From: Selaginella moellendorffii
Taxonomy: Eukaryota > Plantae > Lycopodiophyta
NCBI RefSeq assembly: GCF_000143415.4
Contig: NW_003314439.1
Coordinates: 3,337 to 67,336, forward strand
Direction: 5' to 3'
Length of the DNA stretch: 64,000 bases
This document shows, one piece after another, positions 51,980 through 63,079 of the stretch. The notes under the pieces were generated by a model. That model was not told the DNA's origin. It saw nothing but the letters and a program-made list of their open reading frames with translations, and did not search any database. Every line of letters starts with the position of its first letter. The stretch's first letter is position 1. Position numbers and translations under genes: made by a program.

Positions 51980-52162
51980 ATGGCGAGTGAAGCTCGACTC
52001 AAGGGGAATGGCCCATTCCAGCGGGGGGAATTCATCGACGCATATCATTGCTACAAAGTCAGCGCCAAACTAACTGTCATGGAGGAGAATTCATCGGCTC
52101 TTACTTTTACCCTCTCCAACGCATACTTAGAAGTGGGAAATTCTTTGCATTCAGGCATGTAA
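51980..52162 (+). pseudogene. Truncated TPR-protein N-terminus
   Basis: MASEARLKGNGPFQRGEFIDAYHCY..LSNAYLEVG resembles a TPR motif; stops after 60 aa. Confidence 0.45.
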
Positions 52163-52186
52163 CGCTCTTTCGATTGACAGGAAATC

Positions 52187-52240
52187 TTTAGGGAGAAAAG
52201 AAAGGGTTTAGGGTTTAAACCCTAAACCCTAAATCCTAAA
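52187..52240. repeat. Head-to-head plant telomeric repeats forming a 28-bp perfect palindrome
   Basis: agggtttagggttt/aaaccctaaaccct at 52203-52230, with flanking degenerate units. Confidence 0.85.
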
Positions 52241-52775
52241 CGATACAAGGCTCAGTCTTGGCGTTGTAGTCAACAAAAAGCGGGAGATGCTGTTCAGATG
52301 GAGGTCTGTGGATTCTGACTTGGAGCGTGAGATCCAATTCGGAACTGACTCTTGTCAAAGTTCCCAGGGCTTCGTCTACACGTTCCCAGCTCATTACTTC
52401 TCTATGGACTTGCCGGAGGGCTCGAGCTTTACATTCGACCTGTTTGACCTTCAACAACACGTCTTGTGTAAGCTCGACCAGCAGCTGGCTGCAAACCGTG
52501 CAGACATCGAGTCTCCACTTGTGGATGCGGCTCTGTACCGCACCATCTGTACTTGCAAGAAACGGGAGAGTGATCGAGGCAAGGTAATCACGTGCTGCTA
52601 CAGGGATTGTGACATCGTAAGGTTTCATTGCGAGTGTGTTGGAGTAAGCTCCCAGGGAGAGCTCCCGTACCCCTGGTTCTGTGACAACTGCGATCAAATC
52701 CGAGAGGACATCAAGGAACACGTAAGCAGGCAGGAGAAGAAAGAAGCTGGGCGAGATAAAACTTATCACAAGTGA
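52241..52775 (+). pseudogene. 5'-truncated Uma2-like nuclease C-terminus fused to an intact C4HC3 PHD finger
   Basis: EIQFG..C..FP..F..FDLFDLQQHV matches the C-terminus of the 51232-51957 protein; followed by CTC..CCYRDC..FHCECVG..WFCDNC. Confidence 0.75.
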
Positions 52776-52893
52776 TGCAAGTGATGGAGATTTTACTCCT
52801 TTGTTCTGGTTCTAATTGAAAGCTTACATTCTTTTCAACTACTATAAGTTTCATTCCCATTAGGGAGGTTTTCATTTGTTTCTCCAGGCGCTG

Positions 52894-55460
52894 TGTTAGA
52901 GCCACGTGGCGTACAGCCACCTGGCTTGAGTTGCATTCCTTCAGTTTAGGGCTTTCTTAGTTTTCTTTCCCATCCTGTGTGAGATCCATCCCAGGGGATT
53001 GTTCTGGGAGTGTTCTCATTCTCTATAGAGTGCTAGGCCATGAGGCTTGGCTTCTCTCATCATGGTATCAAAGCAATAGGTTAGATTTTTTATTTTTTTT
53101 TGGTATGAGTAGTGCCATAGATGCTAGGACAGGATGGCGTCTTTTTCTTCCTCCAAAGACATGGAGCAGTTCGATGGGACAAATCATCTTGCCTGGAAAG
53201 AACGTGCATAATTCTGGTTTATGAGGTGGGGATTCTAGCCTGTGTTATCTGGATTGAGAAAATGCCCGTCCAAAGACAATGATATACAGATCCATACAAC
53301 AAGTGGAAAGACCTGGATGCTAGAGCAAATGGAGCATTAGGAGGAGGACTTGGCCCTCTCTACAGTGTCCACGTGAATGTGGAGAAGAGTTGTACTGAGA
53401 ATTGGAAGTCAATTTGTGAAATTATGGGAGTGGACCTGCAAGAAGATGTGGGCGTGATTCTTTGTCGCAGTGAGCTATACAGTCTGGAGCAGTAGCCACA
53501 CAAGCGTGTGCATCAGGGATCCTGGTATCATCAGGGATCACATTCATCCCTAGCATCCAAGTCTTTCCACTCGCTGTATGGATTTGTGTCATCATCATCC
53601 TTGGATGGGCATTTTCTCAATCCAGATACCACAAGCCAGAATCCCCACCTCATAAACTAGAAGTGTGCACATTCTTTCCAGGCAAGGAAATTTTTCCCAT
53701 CAAACTGCTCCATGTCTCTGGAGGAAGAAGACAACGCCATCCTGTCCTAGCATCTATGGCACTGCTCATGCCAAAAAAAAATATAACTTATTGCTTTGAT
53801 ATCAGGTTCAGATACCAGAGGCTTGGACTGGGCAACGTCCACACATGGATATCTTATGGCAGTTTGGCTGTCTAGCTTTTTCTCATGTTCCTAATGAACT
53901 ACACAGGACATTGGATGTTAAATCCAAGAAGTGTGTATTTATGGGCTATAGTGATGAGCAGCGAGGATACTGACTCCTTCATCTAGACTCGGGAAAAGAG
54001 TTTGTGAGTTGAGATGTCATCTTTGATGAATCTCATGTGTATTTTCAACGTCACAAGGATCCAGGAGTTCCTTCTACAGGTTTTCTTTGTGGAGAAAGTA
54101 GGGCGAGCTCACAGCCTGTTTTCTTTCATCCATGGGAAGATGAGGAGGATGATCCTCTACCTCGACTGAGGTGGTTCCTGATCCTGAGCCCAGGAACGTG
54201 ATCAGGCTCTGGAGCTCGTGTCACAGCAGAGGTTGAAGCCCTGGCTGTGCTTATGCTCCAGCTGCAGGGGAAGCACAATATACCTGAACATGAGGATATG
54301 GTTCCTGAACCTGTGCATCACCGAGATCCTGATCTTATCCAGGTTTTGAGCCGCTCTGGTCGCCCTTTAACCTATACAGCGAGGGGTGGAGCTTATCAGT
54401 GAGAGCAAGCTGAGAAGCGAGCACGAGCAGCTGCTAGAGCTTCTTACATCAGAGTCGAATGGCTATATTCACAGCAGCAGAGGTGAAGATTCCTGCATGG
54501 GGTGATGCTATTGATGCTGAGATGTGAGCTCATGCAACAAATGAAACCTGGTATCTTCCTGATGAAGTTCCTGACAATGCTAATGTAGTTTCGACAAAGC
54601 TACTTTTCTGCGTGAAAGCTGGACCTTCAGGAGAAGTGCAGCGCTTTAAAGCTAGGCTTTACTCAGATCGAAGGCATAGACTTTACAGAAACTTTCAGCC
54701 CGGTCGTGAAGATGGCTTTTATCAGGCTGTTACTTGCTTTATGATCTTTATGTGGGGCAAATGGATGTGAAGACTGCATTTTTACATGGAGAAATTCCTG
54801 AGAAGGTTTACATCCAGCTCCTGACAGGCCTCGATCCGAGCCAAAGGATTTATCGGCTGAAGAAGGCTTTATACGGCCTGAAACAAAGTCCACGCATCTG
54901 GTATAAGAAAATTGATTCTTTTCTGATTTCTCTTGGATTCCAGAAAAACCATGCCAACTCAAACGTTTATATGAAGATTGAGGATGGTGCCTTGGTCATT
55001 TTGGCCTTGTATATGGACGATGGTATCTTTGTTTCCAACAACAGAGATCTTCTTGCTGAAATCAAGAGAAAGCTAGGAGCCCAGTTTGAGATGCAAGATC
55101 TTGGCCCCGTGCACACTTTCCTTGGGATTCAAGTTCAGCGACCACAGCCAGGACTTGTGACACTCTCACAACGAGCTTTGACAGGGGCAGCACAAGAGGT
55201 GAGCTGGCTTCGTGAGCTTGTAGGGAGTATGCAGTTAGGATAATCAATTGGTGATTGCTCTTTATGAGAATTTAAGATATCACACCAAGATGAAGCATAT
55301 ACAAATAAAATACCACTACATCATACATCAGAGAACAAGTGATGGGAGGAGAGTTGACACTTAAAAGTACATGGCAACTGAGGACTAGGTTGCTGATATA
55401 TTCACTAAGGCTCTTCCACCTATTATTTTCTGCAAACATCTAGAAGTGCTTGGAGTATGC
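52894..55460 (+). mobile_element. Degenerate, rearranged Ty1/copia retrotransposon lacking a 3' LTR
   Basis: Probable LTR tgttag..tcatca (52894-53062); tRNA-Met PBS tggtatcaaagc; KCVFMGY; RT motifs QMDVKTAFLHG, KALYGLKQ and LYMDD; RNase H ADIFTKALP. Confidence 0.92.
53063..53804. repeat. Inverted repeat with arms of about 265 bp (53063-53331 and 53541-53804)
   Basis: The second arm is the reverse complement of the PBS plus gag start (gtgccatagatgctaggacaggatggcg / cgccatcctgtcctagcatctatggcac). Confidence 0.92.
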
Positions 55461-55473
55461 GACCTGTCCTTGC

Positions 55474-55693
55474 ATCCAGCATTTTTGTTCTACCCCGCAG
55501 GCCACAAAAACCAACCTGTAAGTCCAATTCCCTTTTACAAACTCGGTGTAACTCCCTGCCACAGATCACCGCTCACGCAAAGACAAACTTAAAAGGCCTG
55601 GTCCAGTTTGTGAAGAAACACGCAGCCATTCCTTTTGCAATGCCAACGACACAGCACACCAAAACCAAAACGAGCTCTACAGACGAGCTGTAG
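55474..55693 (+). pseudogene. Duplicated 3' fragment of the PDI gene, ending TDEL
   Basis: Matches 45726-45963, with an internal deletion before GACGAGCTGTAG. Confidence 0.9.
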
Positions 55694-56140
55694 CGAAAAC
55701 TCCAACGCTGCAATGTGGTAAATAGCAAAGCTGCTCTCTGGTAAGACGAGAGAAGCGGTAAGCTAAACTACAAGCATAGCTTTTTGTTTCTTCCAAGCTT
55801 GCACAGTGGTGTGAGTTACTGCTAAACGCTTGCTTCCAGAGAACGCTTGCTTCAATTTGTTTTTAATTCCTCCAGAAGAAGCATGATAGTAAACTCCCGA
55901 GCATGCTCGCGTACAGGAGCTCGAGTCGCTGCTCAATCAAAGGCTTTTGCAGTTCACTGCATTCGCAAGATTAAGGACCTCGTCACAGCTGCGAAGATAT
56001 AAGGTGTGTCCGAGATAATGGCTTGGATCTCCAATGAGGAAGAAGGAAACTTCTGATATCTTTCAACCTCCATAACCTTCAGCATAAACATTTAAGAACA
56101 TACGAATCGTTTGAAACAAAGTCTTACCACGCTGTGCTTG

Positions 56141-59055
56141 TCAAATCTTAATGAAGGAAAGTTTTGCTCTAGCTCCAATGCTGCTTAGTTGAGGAGTGCT
56201 TGGCAGTGTCACCATAGCTTCCACAAACGTCCCTCCCATTGCCCCTTTTGCCAGTCGACCGGGATTTACAAGCAGCGTAGTGAGGTTCTCTGTGCGTGGC
56301 TGGGACTCGTCTAGCTTCACACCAGGCGTGTAGCTTAAAGACTGCAGAAGAAAAATCATGAAAATCGCGTCAGTGAGATACTTGGAACTTCTACCTTGAC
56401 GAAAGGGACCAAGTCCGACGATAGAACGATGATATCTGGCGTGCAAGGGAGGTCCAAAGCACTGGGATTGACAGCTAGGTCCAAACAAGTGCCTAACGCT
56501 GGCGGAAACAATGGATAAAAGCTGGACAAAAAGCAATACAAGAGTCTGTGTTAAGGTAGATTTTTGGAGCAAGCTTTGATACCTTCTTTGGCCAACAAGC
56601 TGTGCTCCCAGCCTCGACATTCTATCGCTGGAGGTGCCCGGTGGATTTCGAGCCGCTTCTTCACTGCTTAGATGTCTAAGGATATCTGTTGTGCAGCAGC
56701 CAATGGATACCTCATCCAGGCGAAACACACTTGGATTCGGCAGTAGAGATATCTGGAAATGCGACCAAAACTTAGTCCGAGAAAACAGATTTTTTAGGTA
56801 CCTGCTGGGATGAATCTTCAAACATGAAACTATTAAAAGGAGGCTGCCAACAGGAAAAAAAAACAAGTTAAGAGATTGAGAAACTCATCGGTGAGAGTAC
56901 CTGAGGAAAAATTCGATCGTGAAACACGTCGCGTGTGGAGGGAATCAGTATAACCCTCGCCCCTGCTCCTAGAAACTGGCAGTAATCCTCTAGCTACACA
57001 TTGAGAAACCGTGAATTGGTAGACAGCAACATATGAAGCAAAGAGTACGAACCCGTGTCGTTATCTCCTCTTGAAATACATGAGATAAAACTCTATCAGT
57101 GATTCCCTGCTTGACGTGGGGATGCTCGGCATCAACAAATGGTCCCATCTAGCAAAAGAGAGAGTAGAACACATGAATATCCATCTATATAAAATTCTCT
57201 CACCAGCAATAGAACGTTTGGTCTTTTATTCCTAGCGTAGGCTAGTAACTCCATCAAAGGCTCAAACGAAAGATTGTCACTTGTTGTAAAAGGACCTGAC
57301 GCAACAATCTATAAACGCAAGGATTAGTCAACCTCATTGCAAGCATTCCATGCAGACCATGTGTAGCGGTTGTGGTGTCTGGGTCTTCACTGTAAGATCC
57401 GTTGCTTGCCTCTTTGCAAGAGGATTATCATCCGGCGCCGAATGAGGAGGAAGTGGTAAAGAGTAAAAGATCCGGCTAGCAACAAGGCAATGCCCGCTCG
57501 GATTGTGTCCTTCCACCACAAGTATCTGGAATGCAAAATCGCACTTTGCGACGATAAAAGAAAACTCGAGTACCTGGCCCGGGAAAAGTGAAAACTGGCT
57601 TATCTCACGAAGATCCAAACGGACTCGATGCCCCCCAGAGTACTCAACGCTGTTTTAAGCTCTTGTTAGTGAAACAAGCTTAAACGAAATTAGAGCTCGC
57701 ACCTGCCTTCCAGCAAAACAGCGTTGGGATCTGCTTCTTCTGTATCGTAGCAAACTCTTCCAACAACGAGAATCTTTTCCTGAAACCATACGTCGATAAA
57801 ACTTGGAGCCATCACATACAGGTAACTCACCTGAGATGCATAGGCAACATGCTGCGACAGCGGCACAGATTCGTATTCTGAAAATGCTTGGACAAACTTT
57901 TTGATCCTTCTCTCGAGTTCGTTGAACTGCAGAACAAATTTTCAAAAGGACCGAACCTGGAAATAAGGGAAAACATTACCCTGCTTTCGACTTGATCAGC
58001 CATGTATCTGCAACCTGGCTTGAGCCCAGTGCTAAGCTCCTCGAGCTGACACCTTCTTACGTCTTTCAGCTTGCGTAGAACCAGATCTTCGGATTGCTGG
58101 ATATCATCCACTGCACTCGAACTAGCGTCGGGAAGGTGATCGTTGAAAACAAACTGGACAGTGCACTTGGTTGTACGTTGGCTGAAAGGCGTCGTCGGAC
58201 TGGGAACTTGTCTGGGAGTGACTTTAACCCGTGGTTGCGGCGGCGTAATGTATTGAGCTTCTCGAGAGCCTACCACTTTGTTGGGCGTCTTGCTATCCAC
58301 AAGCATTGCATCGCCAGTGAAGAATCTGTCCCGCTGTGATAAGTAAGCGTCGATAGAAAAAAAAGAGAACACGAACACTCTTACGTATCCAAATCATCCT
58401 TAGTGTAGATGTGCACCCCCCCATGCTCACGAATGAAATCGTTTCGCTGCTGAGTTTGTAGAAAAACTCGAAACTTGTCGATGTGAGAGTTTAGTAGTGT
58501 ATTTTTCTCCAGCTGCCTGAATCCATCCAAGCATTAGTATTCGTTTTTCCAAAGGGAAACAATTTGTCAACAAACTGAGGAATGAATCGTTATGAGAGCA
58601 TAAACACGGAAATAAAAAAAGGGAGGAAGAGACGAATAAAACAAACAAGGAACACTCTCACACAAACAAAAGCAAGGAAATCCACACAGTCACAAAAGAA
58701 TAGAGTGAAAAGAAATCCAAGGAAATCCACACACACACTCACAAAAGAATAGAATGAGCAAGGCACACGAAGGAAGAAGATCCACACACACTACTCACAC
58801 ATAATGCGAGGGAGAAAACCACTAGGAAAGAAGAAACTCACGAGTTGAGGTAGAACACCTCCCAGTGCTCCACTAGAGTCGAGGGCTTCAATCCAAAGCT
58901 CGAGCAAAGCGACACGCCTAAAGGAAGAAAAAAGATCCAACACGATCATGAGGAGAATGTAGCTACACTGGAGCGCACTTACATTGCCGGATGGTGTCCG
59001 CATTCTCCAGCGCGAAATTATTCTCCTGGAACACGCGCCCAATCTCTTCCTCCAT
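56141..59055 (-). CDS. POLA2: DNA polymerase alpha subunit B, multi-exon
   Basis: MEEEI..LKPSTLVEHWEVFYLN, SLFPGQ|ILVVEGHNPSG, GPF, LPNPS, SFYPLFPP, VNPGRLAKG..GGTF. Confidence 0.92.
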
Positions 59056-59073
59056 CGCGACTTCTTGAAAACC

Positions 59074-59367
59074 CTAAACCTCTCTGGGGAGCTTGTGGAT
59101 CTTGTCTAGGGCCTTCTTGGACGCCCCGGCGTCTTGGAGTGGAATCGCCTTGGCAGGATCGCGCCGCGCCATGGCCATCTTCAATGCGTCCTCCGCGGCC
59201 TGGAGATCCTTCTCTCGCGACGAACGCGACGGCGATAGCTGGGTTTGGTCCCCAGCTGCTAGCGCCAATTGCCGGTTGGCTCTCATGGTCTCCGATGCCG
59301 CAATTGCCCTGTCGATCGCGCGCATTAGCGCATCTGGATTGGGGATCGCGCCTCCTCCTCCAGACAT
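59074..59367 (-). CDS. Putative 97-aa Ala/Arg-rich small ORF or uORF directly upstream of POLA2
   Basis: ATG-initiated, GC-rich ORF that looks helical; no recognised family. Confidence 0.35.
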   Translation of the reverse strand: MSGGGGAIPNPDALMRAIDRAIAASETMRANRQLALAAGDQTQLSPSRSSREKDLQAAEDALKMAMARRDPAKAIPLQDAGASKKALDKIHKLPREV

Positions 59368-59493
59368 CGCGGAGTTCTTAGGGCTCGAAGCTCGCGTGGC
59401 AAGGTATATACCAGGCGAATCTAGGCTTCTCTCACGTGGCATGCGTACCAACCACCGTCTCGACGCTCAAGAACACGAGCAGCATCTCCAGCC

Positions 59494-61456
59494 ATGGCGA
59501 TGCTCGCGAGGATTTTCACGAAGAAAAATCCTGACGCGGGTGGTGGTGAGGATGAAGCACCAAAAAAGGTAGTGAAAGCTTTTCTTCTTCGTGTTTTCGC
59601 TACATTTTTCTTTTTCTTCTGGGCATTGAGTTTTTTCGTGTGTGCCAATGCAGAGACAAACAATGCTCGCTAGAGTTTTCACGAGAAAAGCAGCTGCTGA
59701 GAAGCCTGTTATACCCTCAAAACCCAAGGTCGGTTCTTTTGGCTCTCTGGAAATCTCTAAACCTCCGATCGGATGTTCTTCTTTTCTTTTCTTTTCTTTT
59801 TTCGTTTTTTGGTTTGCAGGTGTGGCTTGGGCAGTGTAAGATCGAGGAGTTTGAGCTCGGGCGTGTCCTGGGGACTGGCAGCTTTGGCCGCGTCCAAGTA
59901 GCACACCACAAGGCCAACAAGCAAGTTTGTGCTGTTAAGTCTTTGTCAAAGGCGTCTATTGTCAAGACAAAGCAGGCATGTGAACACTCCTTCCGTGATT
60001 AGTCATGTAAACAGGTTCTGTTTGTTTGGTATTTAGACTTTCAGCGTCTGATCGTTTTCACAGGTTGCTCATGTGATGGCAGAGAAGAACATTCTTCAGA
60101 GGCTTGACTTCCCGTACATTGTTAATCTGCTGGGATATTGCCAAGACGACAGATGTGTCCACCTCGTCATGGAATACGTTTGCGGGTAACTTCTTTTTCT
60201 TTTTTAGCTGAGAAGCGTTCGATCCAACTGTTGATGAACAGCGGTGAGTTTTTTACTTATCTTCGCCACACGGGTCGATTTGATGAAGCAACATCTGTAA
60301 GTGAAAATGATGTCTAGGATTTTGAAGTGGTGGTGGCCATCTCAGTTCTTCTTTTAATATCTTTTCAGAGATTCTATGCTTCTCAAGTTCTTCTCGCCTT
60401 CGAACATATCCATGGAATGGATATTATCTATCGTGACTTGAAGGTTCTTGCGTGCGTATGTCGCTAGTGATTATATTTCTAACATGTGGATGTACTCAGC
60501 CTGAAAATTTGCTTCTTGACGAGAAGGGAAACATTAAGATAGCCGACTTTGGTTTTGCAAAGCAAATTGACAGAAGAACGTATACTCTATGCGGTATGTG
60601 GTTTGCAAACTTGCCGTAACTATCTTTAACTATCTCTTTTAAGGACTTTGCAACAGGAACGCCTGACTATTTGGCTCCAGAGATCATTCTCAACAAAGGT
60701 CACGGAAAACCTGTTGACTGGTAACGCTTGTTTTTCAGTTTTTTTTCTCTCGCAAATAATCATAAGCTCACTAAGCTTTCCTTCAGGTGGGCCTTTGGCG
60801 TTTTGATTTACGAGATGCTCGCAGGGTATCCTCCATTCTACGATGATGGTTAGCTCTCGAATAACTCACATAAATTCATCAAAACGGTATACATGGCGCG
60901 TCAGTTTTACTCATTGTATCATATAAACCCGCCATGGTGGTTGCAGATGCTATTGGAACATATCAGAAGATCTTAGCGGGTAAATTACAATTTCCAGGAC
61001 ACTTTTCTCGCAGGCAGGTTTCTTTTAATCTACTATCACTTCCGCTATAGGATTGAGCTCAATTGTAGATATCCTGCAGTGCGAAGGATCTCGTAAGAAG
61101 GCTTCTCACTGCAGATCTCACCAAGCGGTACTGCAAGCACTCATTATTCCGTTGACGCTTACATTGTCTTTTTACAGGATTGGGTGTCTGAAGGATGGTG
61201 TGGATGAAATCAAAAATCATTCTTGGTTTGCGAACGTGAAGTGGGACAATGTCCTTGCTAAAAAGGACACTCCACCAATAAGGCCGAAAGTAGCTGTATG
61301 TGTTTATTTTCTCATTTAGACTTCGGTACGATCTATGCATGGACACTGCAGGGCTTGGATGATACAAGCAATTTTGAGGACTATTCGAAGCTGGAGCCGA
61401 TGCACCATGAATTCGAGCTATCAGCGGAAGAGCAAGAACTGTTCAAAGACTTGTAA
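59494..61456 (+). CDS. cAMP-dependent protein kinase catalytic subunit-like (PKA-C) kinase
   Basis: [14 protein letters not shown]|PENLLLD, DFGFAK, RTYTLC|[22 protein letters not shown]|W, GYPPFY, DLTKR|[25 protein letters not shown]. Confidence 0.92.
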
Positions 61457-61690
61457 GAGATCATTTTTTGGTTTCTGTGTTTTGTTTGTACAAATTGGCA
61501 AATTGCTGCTCAACCCGTACTTAGCTGTTGGGAGTGATTGCACCAAAAAAAAAAAACGTGCTTGCTTCCTTCCTGTTAGTACTGGTGGTCCCGTGTACGC
61601 AACGCAACATCTGCTGGCCTAATTGGGATATGTGCTCGTAAGCTTTGCTTTGCATTATTGTTATCATCTTTTTCTTGTTTACTAAGTTCT

Positions 61691-63079
61691 TTAATCGATA
61701 ACACAGCTTGCACGGGCAAATCCAACTCGCGACCTTTGGATATCGTATTCGACCCACAAGTTCTGTTGCTGATAGTTCCCAATGACGTTAACGGGATTCG
61801 GTCCCCCATCTTCGAACGCGAAACACATCTTAACATGATTCTGGAACCGGGCAACAGGGAGAAGAACACCGATGGACGGGATTCCGATCGTAACTCCGTC
61901 TTCGAAAACCAGGGACAGAGACGGAAGAGTCCGATGAAGCTCGTCAATGTCGTCGTTGGAAACTTTGAAACAGGTGCCGAGGTCACCGAAAGAATCTCCC
62001 TCGAGATGTTTGAGACTCGGCGGCCGATGTTTCAAGAATGCTTCTCTCAGCTGGCTATGGAAAGGACGCACAAAACTTGAGAAACTGGAGCCAGAGTCGA
62101 GAATGACAACGGAACCCCGTGGTAAGAACACAAGCTCGTGGCTGTTAATACTCACTCCTTTCAGTGCTACGTGATAGAACTTCCTCTGGAGCTCGGAGTT
62201 TGTGAGAGCAACGGACGTGTACTGAACTTGCTCGTGAGGGAGCTCTGCGTTCCCGAAGAAAACAACGCCGGTGGAATTCAAGTGCGAGCTCCTGTCGGGA
62301 AAGCAGTGAGAAAACTTCCAACCAAACCGCTGGCCGAGCTGCATTGGAAGAGCCATCTTTCCAGCATTTAAGCCCAGGATACCAGACGCTCCAGTCGGAA
62401 CGAGCTCCAAGTCGCCCTGTGCGCAGCCGAAAGCAAAGTCCTGCACAGTTACAGGTTTTCCTCCGACGACTGTCTCCATTATGAGAGTGTCGGTCGACAA
62501 GCTCCCGTAGCTGAAGCTCCCGTCTCCGTAGAAGGCAGCGAACTGGCACTGGCTTCCTCGAGCGCAGTAAGCGTAAGTTCCTTGGCTGCTGTTCGAACAT
62601 AGCTGACTGTTGTTACAGGTGACTGGCCTGTACGAGGCTGAGCGAGCAGCGTCGTAGATGGTGTCTACTGAAGGAGCACAGACCTTGCAAGGCAGACACT
62701 GGAGCCAAGTCAGCTCGCTGCCCGTGTCGACGATGAGGATGGCTTCCTGGCCCGGCGAGCCGAGCTTGATACTTGTGTAGTACTCACCGAATTTCCGTCC
62801 GAGAGTGGTGGTGGAGCTCCGGAGGGCCGCGGGGTTCTTCGTGTGCTGCTGAAAGATGTGAGCGGAGTATGGAAAAAGAGACTTTTGAGCAGCGGAGCTG
62901 GGACTGGGATTGGCTTTCACTCGGGATTGAGGTGCTGCGACATGGATGGCTTTGAATCCGATCCCTCCGCCTCGAGCGGCGGAGTCTCGCAGCACCAACT
63001 TGGCATCGATCGAAACAGTAGCAACGGGAGAAGCATCGGAAATCCAGCACAGTAGCAGCAGCAGTAGCAGGATCATCAT
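61691..63079 (-). CDS. Secreted A1-family (nepenthesin-like/atypical) aspartic protease, intronless
   Basis: Signal peptide MMILLLLLL; catalytic DTGS and DSGS motifs; IGNYQQQN. Confidence 0.95.
   Translation of the reverse strand: MMILLLLLLLCWISDASPVATVSIDAKLVLRDSAARGGGIGFKAIHVAAPQSRVKANPSPSSAAQKSLFPYSAHIFQQHTKNPAALRSSTTTLGRKFGEYYTSIKLGSPGQEAILIVDTGSELTWLQCLPCKVCAPSVDTIYDAARSASYRPVTCNNSQLCSNSSQGTYAYCARGSQCQFAAFYGDGSFSYGSLSTDTLIMETVVGGKPVTVQDFAFGCAQGDLELVPTGASGILGLNAGKMALPMQLGQRFGWKFSHCFPDRSSHLNSTGVVFFGNAELPHEQVQYTSVALTNSELQRKFYHVALKGVSINSHELVFLPRGSVVILDSGSSFSSFVRPFHSQLREAFLKHRPPSLKHLEGDSFGDLGTCFKVSNDDIDELHRTLPSLSLVFEDGVTIGIPSIGVLLPVARFQNHVKMCFAFEDGGPNPVNVIGNYQQQNLWVEYDIQRSRVGFARASCVID

Noticed and set aside
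52236-52769. 177-aa minus-strand ORF
   Set aside because: Antisense to the nuclease-PHD fragment, which carries the recognisable motifs
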